Of a DNA stretch of 64,000 nt, positions 54,651-64,000 are shown piece after piece. The position numbers and the translations under genes were made by a program. Position 1 is the first letter of the stretch. Each line of letters begins with the position of its first letter. Source of the stretch: Octopus vulgaris (taxonomy: Eukaryota); assembly GCA_951406725.2 (NCBI GenBank), contig OX597815.1:118110001-118174000 (forward strand). The letters run 5' to 3'. The notes beneath the pieces are model-generated. The model saw nothing but the letters and a program-made list of their open reading frames with translations, did no database searches and was not told the origin of the DNA.

Positions 54651-54870
54651 AAGGCGGCAAGCTGGCAGAATCATTAGCATGCCGGGCGAAATGCTTAATG
54701 GTATTTCGTCTGTCTTTACGTTCTGAGTTCAAATTCCACAGAGATTGACTTTGCCTTTCATCCTTTCAGGGTCAATAAATTAAGTACCAGTTGCATGCTG
54801 GGGTTGATTTAATCGATTGTCCTCCCCGCCAAAAAAATTTCGGGCCTTGTGCCTAGAGTAGAAAAGATTA
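54651..54870 (+). mobile_element. Full-length SINE family A nested in the Helitron, with target-site duplication
   Basis: Flanked by attttccaccctt (~54637-54649) and atttcccaccctt (~54870-54882). Confidence 0.85.
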
Positions 54871-55346
54871 TTTCCCACCCTTCTTTCATTTCCCATTGTA
54901 GATGGGTAGGCTTGCTAGTATTCATAATTGATTAATGTTGTGAATTTCCCATGGTTTTAAAATGAATCCAATAAATGTTTTCTAAATGCTGCTGAGAAAA
55001 AATATTTTTTCATTAAGAAGCAATTAGTTTTCTGGGAAAAGTTTTACCATTTCTTCTTTATCAATCATACTAATGCTCTTCTTTGGAATGAGTGAAATAT
55101 GATTGCTCCTTCACTGCTCTTCCTTGACCTCTTCATGCATGGCTTTTTTTTTTCCTTTACAGTTAACTTTCATCCTCTATTTGAATCACATGCCTAAACA
55201 AGCATAAGTTTACCTTCCATCATATTTATGTTGCTACTATTAATAGTGAATTGTATTCTTAGTCTACTTTTTTGCACTGCAGATAACTTTGTGCTTGGCT
55301 GCGCATGTATCATATTATGTGCTATGGCTGCCCATGTATCAAATTA

Positions 55347-55563
55347 TGAGTGGGTGCTGAAAAGTTCCTGGCTTTAAGTGTATTGCGAAAGGCCTGGTTG
55401 GAGGCCCAACATTCTGAGTTCTTTTACAGGGCTCAGAAAATCTGAAGGACCACTGCAATAAGTGTGTGAATCTGAGAGGGAAGTATGTTGAATACAATCA
55501 GAATTAGCTGATCCTCCTGTATTTTCTTTTACCCAAAACCAGCAACTTTTCAGCATCCCCTCG
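55347..55563 (+). mobile_element. Mariner-derived MITE
   Basis: TIRs tgagtgggtgctgaaaagttcctgg and ccagcaacttttcagcatcccctcg, with TA on both sides. Confidence 0.8.
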
Positions 55564-56220
55564 TATATTGCAGATTACCTTTGCACATCTACCAAACCAT
55601 ATGTATTTCATTCTTCCCTAGTTACTTAACGCCTTCAGATATTACCCATTCTCATTTCCATTGAGGATTAGATTCTCTGTCATACAGCTTGGCCCTCAAA
55701 ACAAGAAACCTTTTCTATATTTAGAATTTTCAGAATGGATAGAATTTCTGCCTCCTAACTTTCAACTAATGTTACTTTTTATCTGGCTTTCTGCATTCAC
55801 TCTTCAGCATTTAAACCAGCCATATCTGCCCCAAATATTCTACTTGTTTTATGTTCAAATTGGCCAGATCTGACCTCTCACTCCTTCTCTACAATGTTAT
55901 TCTACAAAAAAAAAAAAAACAAACAAAAGAAACAACCATTACATTTAACAGAGTAATCTGAATGCTAAAGGGTGAAGTATGATGTCAAGATAAAAGAAAT
56001 TACTTATTACCTTTAACAAAAACCATCCTGAAATCTCTCAACCAATAGTTACCCAATGTAGCTTATGCACCTAAAGTCAGTCCACCAGAGGTCTGACTGC
56101 AATTCATATGGACTCATTTATTTTATTGTCTACACAGCACTGAATTCTCCCATTTACATCTCTCTTACATTCCCTGTTGCTACCATAATGCTGTGGCATC
56201 TGCTGCTAAGTTCCATACTA

Positions 56221-56396
56221 TGAGTTAGTACTGAAAAGTTCTTGGCTTTTGGTAAAAGAAAATACAGGAGGATCAATTAATTGATTTTATTTAACACATT
56301 CCCCTCTCAGGTTCACACACTTATTGCAACAGTCCTTCAGTTTTTCTAAGCCCTGTAAAAGAACTCAGACAGTTGGACCTTTTCAGCATCCATTCA
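56221..56396 (-). mobile_element. Second copy of the same MITE, inverted
   Basis: Internal sequence is the reverse complement of 55347-55563 (aaaatacaggaggatca; ccctgtaaaagaactcaga); TA-flanked. Confidence 0.75.
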
Positions 56397-57696
56397 TATT
56401 CTTTGTTATATTAACTTCATCCTTTGTTTTGACTCTATTTTCCCAGGTTTCAAACTTTCTCAGCATATTTTCGAGAGATTTTGCTGTGACTAAAAGTTGT
56501 CAATACACAGAAGTTTTCAAAGGCAATCAGTTCTTGAACTGTTTTGTAATGGGTTCTTGATCTGTAATGAATTGAAGAGTACAGGACAAAAACAGGGTGA
56601 ATGCTTAGCTGTATACTAAATTCCTCACTATATCCATTACCAGCCACCACCTCACTTTCCGAATGCTTACACATCATTTCAATGATCTTTATATGCAATT
56701 CTTCCACTGCAGGCATTCTCATTCCCTACAAATGATTAAATTCTTTATTGCAATAGTCTTTTAATTTCTCCCAGCAAAGAACAGACAATTCTATTTTACT
56801 TTTGTTGACTACTTTTGTCTTTGTCTCACTAGAAATAGCATTGCCTGGAATGCATTCAAAATTACATCATCCAGATTCACCCATACCTTTATAAATTTGC
56901 AATAACTCTTTGAAATTCTATAATTAATTTTTAAATGCATCAACTTTTTCTCTATAGTTGTTGAAAATTGTACCATCCTGCACAATTGTATTGGCTGTCT
57001 AGTTGCGTAATGTAGTGCCTAACTATCCTGCAGATTATAGCATCACAGCAATAATATCTATTGGACTCACATTTTTACCAACTTAATTTTTTGAAATTTC
57101 TTTACATTCCTATGTTTATTGTACAGAGACTTACTTCCCAGTCTCTCTCTCTCTCTCACTCTCTCTTTCTGCATATGTGTACGTATATATATGACATTTG
57201 TGATAAGCGACAGATCAGTATTAATTCAAATTAGTGATCTGTATATCATAAAAGCATAGATATCGTTGAAATCCTTCTAAACTACAATATTCACCTTGAT
57301 AAAGCATCTGTTACTGAGGTATAATGTTAAAAACATTTCTGTGTCTTGTAACACTATATATCTAATAAGATGCTTTCTTGAGACAAACACTGCAGCTTTA
57401 GAAGGCTTTCATCAGTTTATATGCTTTAAGTATGATATACAGATTGTATATATAATCTAAATTTAGTTGTTTTGTCAATCTTTCATCCAGGCATTTTGAA
57501 GATGAATTGTGTTAGGTACATTTCTTTCCATTAATATCTTGATTTATATTTCTTACATGCTACCTTATATTTCTAAATACTTCATGCCTTTTGCTCTCAC
57601 AGTAGTAACCATTACTAAATAGCTTCCAGACTAAATAATGTAATGGTACTTCTTAGAAATGAAACCAAATTCAGTTCTAACTTATGCAAGAAGTCA

Positions 57697-57848
57697 GGCA
57701 TAGGAGTAGCTGTGTGCTAAGTAGCTTGCTTACAAACCACATGCTTAGGTTCAGTCCCACTGCATGGCACCTTGGGCAGCTTATATAGCCTCGGGTCGGC
57801 CAAAGCCTTGTGAGTGGATTTGGTAGATGGAAACTGAAAGAAGCCCAT

Positions 57849-57907
<59 letters not shown>

Positions 57908-58098
57908 GCATGTATGTATGTGTGTGTATATGTTTGTGTGTCTGTTTGTCCCTCCAACATCGCTTGACAACCGATGCTGGTGTGTTTATGTCCCCGTAAC
58001 ATATCGGTTCAGCAAAAAGAGACCGATAGAATAAGTACTAGGCTTACAAAGAATAAGTCCTGGGGTTGATTTGCTCAGCTAAAGGTGGTGCTCCTGCA
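57697..58098 (+). mobile_element. SINE family B
   Basis: Homologous to 26795-27185; its 3' end abuts the mariner remnant. Confidence 0.85.
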
Positions 58099-58099
58099 T

Positions 58100-58484
58100 A
58101 CGAATACAACAACATCCTAACCTCTGTCCTCAACAGAAGTGGGCCAATCATTCTTTATGACAATGCTCAACCACACATTCCACTAATGATGCTCCAGAAA
58201 TTGAGGGAACTTGGCTATGAATTTTTTCCCCACCCAGCTTATTCCCCAGACCTTTCTCCTACCGATTAACACTTTTTCAAGCACCTTGATGGTTTCCTGT
58301 GAGAGAAGGAGTTCAAAAATCAAGCTGATGCTGAAAGTGCATTCAAAGAGTTCCTCAGCTCCAGAACGCCAGATTTTTATGTTACTGGAGTACTTACTTT
58401 GATGAATAAAATTTCCGTGTTGTTGAAATATATTGTGATGAATTTCATGTTTTAAAACGTTACTTACTTTTTACTCAGCCTCAT
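58100..58484 (+). mobile_element. Mariner transposase 3' remnant
   Basis: GPIILYDNAQPH...LQKLRELGYEFFPHPAYSPDLSPTD*HFFKHLD...; TIR-like end ttacttttactcagcctcata. Confidence 0.85.
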
Positions 58485-60756
58485 AATATTCCTTTCAACT
58501 ATAGGCACAAAGCCTGAAATTTTGCAGGAGGGGTATAGTTGATTACATTGACCCCCAGGGCTCAGCTGACACTCATTTTATTGACCCTGAAAGACAAAGT
58601 TGACCTCATCAGAATTTGAATTTGGAATGTAAATGCAGATAAAATGCTACTTGGTATCTTGTCCAGTGTGCTAACAATTTTGCCAGCTCATCACCTTAAA
58701 TTATCAAGCAATTAATTTTGTTACAGTGTTACCTGCTCTTTTAACAATGACAAGCTTAAGTACTATTACTATCTACAAAAGAGGATTGAATTTTCTTTTT
58801 AAGTATGCACGATACCTTTTTTCCCCCATCTACCCTATTTGTCAACAGTTTTTATAATCTTGGATTATTTTTCACAATAAAGTAAAAGAGAAAAGAAATT
58901 GCTTTCTAATGTCATTATATGAAATAAATTTATTAGTAAATATTCTGCAGATATTGATACAAAGAGTTAAGCTAGACAACGACAGTATTGATGTGGACAT
59001 ATAGGAAACAAACAAACATTATGCAACAATATATTACCATTTTAATGCTGTCTTTCTTACGAGATATATGATATTCAGAGTGGAAAATAAATCAACTATC
59101 TTTGCATGTTCATTAATAAAGAAAATAATGTAAACAAGATTACAAAAAAAAAAAAACAACAATTCAAAACCACTGTTGAATATGGTATTTGCTTATTGAT
59201 GGTTGGGAGTGATCTGTGCATAATTTAGCATGTCAGTTGTTATTCTATCTTTGTTTCTATCTTGTTTATAACTGATGTTGCTCTAGTGATTTTTTTTTTT
59301 TTTTTTTTGCATGTGAAAGGGGCACTTATTTCCAGGTTTAGTATTACAAACCCTTTAGCTACAGATTGATTAAATTTTTTTTTATCTCCTGCTATAGTTT
59401 TTACAATTTTTTTTTTTTCAAGCTTGTTGAAGAATTCTCAATTTTACTTTAAATGACTTTATGATTTAATTTAATTCATATTCTTGTTTGCCTTCAAGAA
59501 ACATTAGCATTTTTCTGGGTCTTTTTTCTTTTTTTTTCTTTTCGTATTATTATTTTTAATACCAAATGTCATAATGTGCTTTTTTACTCTAACTCAATTA
59601 TACATGATGGATTACTCATAACTAGCTAGAACTGACAATAAATTTTCTAGAGAATGTAATTGTTAAAATTTTTTTTAATTGTGTGACACATGCAAAAAAC
59701 ATGATGGATTAACAGTCATTAAAACATCATCCAAAATGTCTCTTTTGATTTAAGCAAGCTATCTGCATTTTGAATTCAGTTTCTGCCAAGGTTAGTGTAT
59801 GTGTTCTCTAGCTGGACGGGATGCCAGTCCATCGCACCGTTATTCATTTTTGCTAGCTGAGTGGACTGGAACAACATGAAAATGAAGTGTTTTGCTCAAA
59901 AATACAACGCGTCGCCTGGTCCAGGAATCGAAACCACAATCTTATGATCATGGTGCTGACACCCTAACCACTAAGCCATGTGCCTCTATGAAACTACAAG
60001 ATAATGTGTGATTAATTCAAACAAAGTGATTAAATAAGCCTTGCATTTGACAGAGTAACCTGAATGTCAAAGGTTTGAACTCTTTCTCAGTTTAACATCA
60101 CCACCACCAAGTTTGTGGTTATTTTCAGTAGAATCTACTCTGTCATAAGCATTCTGGTAAGGTTTCCAGTTTGAGGATACATTCCTCCTTCTTACCAGTC
60201 TTAAAATATCTTAAAAGGTTATCAATGCTGCCATTTCTCTTGACTTAGCGACAAAAAGACAAAAAAGACATATTAAAATAGATTTTGACAAGTAATTTTC
60301 TTTATATTCAGTAATAATTTTGAGATGAGTCAGCTGAATTGTGTTATTTGTAGTAACTACAGATTATACAATTTGTATGACAGCTCCTTTTATTATTATT
60401 ACTTTCTTTATATTATTTGTTGTGGTATTTAATATTTGAAGGGGCATTTCTAGGACTAACTGTAACAGAATTACTAAAACATTGTTCAGCACCAGGTAAG
60501 CCATAATAGAGTGGACCTATGATCAAAGACTGACCAACTGTGATCAACTTTATCATTTCTGGGTATGCCCAAGATCACATTATCCAATGTGTTTCTGCCT
60601 TACTCAACACAGCAGAGTATGGGTTGAGAGAGATTTTGCAGCTATTTCTAGTAGGGTGAGCAACCACTTAGAAGGTCCCTTGTATGTAGTGTATATATGT
60701 GTTATGCATTATATCTAAGTAAGGTATAAGCATATTGTGCATGCATTTATATATAT

Positions 60757-61308
60757 ATCATCATCATCATCATCATCATCATCGTTTAGCATCCGTTTTC
60801 CATGCTAGCATGGGTTGGACGGTTCTACTGGGGTCTGTGAAGCCAGAAGGCTTCATCAGGCCCAGTCAAATCTGGCAGTGTTTCTACGGCTGGATGCCCT
60901 TCCTAACGCCAACCACTCCGTGAGTGTAGTGGGTGCTTTTTACGTGCCACCCGCACTGGTGCCAGACAGAGCTGGCAAACGGCCACGAACGGATGGTGCT
61001 TTTTATGTGCCACCGGCACGAGGGCCAGGCGAGGCTGGCAACGGACACGAAACGGGGCGGTGCTGGCAACGGTCGCGAAACGGAAAGTTCTCTTACATGC
61101 CACCGGCACTGGTAACACATCTGCAATTTCCATTGATCGATTTCCATTGATCGATTTTGATTCTGATCCTCACTTGCCTCAACGGGTCTTCACAAGTAGA
61201 GTTTCGACATGCCACCGGCACTGGTAACACATCCGCAATTTCCATTGATCGATTTCGATTCTGATCCTCACTTGCCTCAACACGTCTTCACAAGTAGAGT
61301 TTTGTGTC

Positions 61309-61310
<2 letters not shown>
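60757..61310 (-). mobile_element. Family C retroposon with an internal ~100-bp duplication
   Basis: acatgccaccggcactggtaacacatc...cttcacaagtagagttt occurs at ~61095-61204 and ~61208-61302. Confidence 0.8.
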
Positions 61311-61351
<41 letters not shown>

Positions 61352-61804
61352 CAAAAATGGTGTTGAATAGGTATACTATTAAATTAGTATCTAATTCTCT
61401 CACCCTTATTAATTAATTATATATATATATATGTACGTATGCATGTATACGTGTATATATATATGTATTTATTTATATGTATGCATGTATATGTATATAT
61501 ATATGTATTTATATATATGTATATATATATATTATATATCTTGCATGTGCGTGTGTGTATATCATCATTTAACATCTGTTGTCAATGCTGGTATAGGTTA
61601 GATGATTTGGCTGGGCTGGCACACTGGAAGGCTGTGCCAGGATCCAGTCTGATTTGGTATGGGTGCCAATTTGTGTGACACTGGTATCTGCCATGACTGT
61701 GATTTTGCTCGGCTTGATGGGTCTTCTTCTCAAGCACGACATAATGCCAAAGGTCTTGGTTATTGACTCACTCATGTGTGTATAGAGTATATATATCTGT
61801 GTGT

Positions 61805-62107
61805 GTGGCGGTGCAATGGCCCAGTGGTTAGGGCAGTGAACTCGCAGTTGTAGGATCGCGGTTTCGATTCCCAGACAGGCTTTGTGAATGTTTATTGAGC
61901 GAAAACACCTGAAAGCTGCACGAGGCTCCCGCAGGGGGTGGTGGCGATCCCTGCTGTACTCTTTTGCCACAACTTTCTCTCGCTCTTTCTTCTGTTAGCC
62001 TGCTTGCTTAGCCAGTGGTGTGGCATCACTTGATGGCTGAAACAATGCAAAGCGCATTGTGAACAGTGATGTGTAGAACATCTGATAGCCTGGTCGGTCA
62101 CGGTGAT
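61805..62107 (+). mobile_element. tRNA-derived SINE family E
   Basis: tggcccagtggttaggg (A box)...ggtttcgattccc (B box); inverted partial copy at ~9640-9828. Confidence 0.75.
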
Positions 62108-62147
<40 letters not shown>

Positions 62148-62150
62148 ATG

Positions 62151-62353
62151 AAATTAAATGACAAGAGGACAGGAATTATGCAATTGACTTTATTAGCTTA
62201 CAGCTGTTTCTGCTATAAGATGCAGTGCACTCACAGCTGAGTACTTGTACATCACCTTATAACATTGTGTCTGAGTGCACTGTATCTTATAACAGAAACA
62301 ACTGTAAGCTAGTGAATTTGATTACATAATTTCTGTTCCCTTCCCATTTATTT
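62151..62353. repeat. ~90-bp-arm inverted repeat (fold-back)
   Basis: tagcttacagctgtttctgctataagatgcagtgcactca and tgagtgcactgtatcttataacagaaacaactgtaagcta are reverse complements with few mismatches. Confidence 0.8.
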
Positions 62354-63631
62354 ATCATCATCATTTAACGTTCGTTTTCCATGCTGGCATGAGTTGGATG
62401 GTTTGACTGAAAACTGGGATGCTGCACCAGGTTCTGATCTGATTTGGCAAGGTTTCTACTGTATGGCTGGATGCCCTTTCTAATGCCAGCCACTCCAAGA
62501 GTGTAGTAAGTGTTTTTTTATGTGCCACCAGCACAGGTGCCTTTAACCTGACACCCGCATATTATGCTCTGTACTCAACACTGAGTTCTAACGCCAGGTT
62601 ATTAGTATTGCTATTCCTAAGTGAAATCTTAAAATTAAAATGTGTGTCTGTCTTTGTGATTCCTTGTCTTGACATTGTATGATAGTTCTAAATGAACGTC
62701 ATTGACATTCAAATAATGTCCTTCATTTCCAAGTTAACATGGAAACATGTCCTGCTATGGGACATAGTACCTTGCTTGAAGATAGCTTAGGATTAATAAA
62801 TGCCATAAAAAGTCTACTTCAACGAATTCCATTTGACCCAGACATGCATGGAAAAGTGCTTGCCTGGGTCACACGATGATGATGAATGAAGAGGATATAT
62901 AAAGAACTGTCAAAGTAGGCAATACATCATTTTAAGTTCATATCATAACTAGACATTGTTCTGAAAAATCTAATAATCTGAAACCTAAAAAGAAGCTATA
63001 ATTACAAGACAGTAGCTATTAAATTATGAAGACAAAATCATGTTATCTAATGTTATATACTTGCAGAATCTTTCTTTGATGTAATATGATAATTATAGAT
63101 AAGGCTAGAGATTTGATATATATTGAGCCAAATTAAAAGAAGACATTTAGGTGGTTTAGCGCTATAGACAAGAAGGACAGATTATGTTTAGATGAGTTTT
63201 CTTAATAGTGAAAACTTTAAAGTTTTGTTCAGACAACAACACCTTTCTTGATATTTTGACATTTCCTGAAAGCTGAGAAAGCAAAAAATAAACTTCAGTG
63301 TTGAATTATCTTGATATATTCTGAGTCAGAAAGTGTTTTAAGTGGTACTTTGGATGTGTGTCTTCTAGTGTAGCCTTGGCCAACTAATATTTTCCAAGCA
63401 AACTTGTGGACAGAAACTGTGCAAGGCCTGTTAGATGAAATATCTTTTATCTTTTACTTGTTTCAGTCATATAACTGCAGGTATGTTGGGGTACTATCTT
63501 GAAGGGTTTGGTCAAACAAGTCAACTCCAAGTACTTATTTTTTTTCAGTCTACTACTTAATCTATCAGTTTCATATGTAAACTGTTAATTTACAGGGACA
63601 TAAACAAAACAACACTGTTAAGTAGTGGTGA

Positions 63632-63664
<33 letters not shown>

Positions 63665-64000
63665 GAACTTCCATACAGTTTCCATTTACCAAATTCACAA
63701 ACAAGGCATTAGTTAACCTGAGTTTATAGTAGAAGACATTTGTCCAAGGTGCTGCATTGTGGATCTGAACTCCAAACCACAGGGTGGCAAATTATATAAG
63801 ACTAGCACTATGACCCGGCAACGCCATGTCAGTGCTTAGTGCATGCATATATAGCTGCGTGCATGCACACATACATGCAAGTACTGTCCAAATCTCTGAC
63901 CATTCACATACAGCTAGCTGACATTCAATTGGCATATCAAGTTTCGGGCATTTTGATTGGGTTTTGGATAGAAAATTCACAAAAAAGTCACTTCTATTGA

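Larger units (their letters stand above)
53399..54918 (+). mobile_element. Non-autonomous Helitron with PIF1 helicase remnant
   Basis: 5' A|TC start (53399; alternative 53341). 3' hairpin CCCAT-tgtag-ATGGG (54892-54906) followed by CTAG|T (54915-54919). Helicase fragment inside. Confidence 0.8.

Noticed and set aside
55734-55873. Candidate QSOX exon 2 (ttttcag|AATGGATA..., giving E-W in phase 1)
   Set aside because: The downstream peptide IEFLPPNFQLMLLF lacks the DC...N...C motif and runs to a stop.
61805-61880. tRNA gene (also the heads at 26795, 9951 and 2093)
   Set aside because: The A and B boxes continue into SINE bodies in multiple diverged copies, and the cloverleaf and acceptor stems are incomplete.

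Overview
Eukaryotic, AT-rich, extremely microsatellite- and repeat-dense genomic DNA. The SINE and microsatellite landscape looks like a coleoid cephalopod, probably Octopus (inference from recalled repeat families, not searched). The only host coding sequence I can support is the first coding exon of a quiescin-sulfhydryl oxidase (QSOX) gene at 13488-13746 (+). It has a signal peptide, a thioredoxin WCGHC motif and a GTGAGT donor, and no recognisable exon 2 follows, so the first intron appears to exceed 50 kb. The rest is transposon debris: several tRNA-derived and RTE-tailed SINE families, an R4/Dong-type element inside a (TAA)n tract, an RTE RT fragment, Tc1/mariner elements (including a near full-length DD37D maT), a Tigger/pogo, a Helitron with PIF1 remnant and both termini, and MITEs. 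The most interesting signal is a set of Penelope-like element (PLE) remnants. A GIY-YIG endonuclease end at 2141-2311 is followed by a ~2.5 kb CA-rich body containing two GC-rich hairpin-forming islands and ends in a minimal hammerhead ribozyme motif. At least four sequence-distinct hammerhead-bearing terminal-repeat families occur, mostly abutting (TA)n tracts. One family shows stem covariation and one copy starts at the predicted cleavage site. SINE copies also keep their CpGs upstream of QSOX exon 1 but show CpG decay inside the intron. Almost all ORFs in the supplied track are microsatellite or repeat artefacts. Repeat coordinates were read by eye and are approximate.
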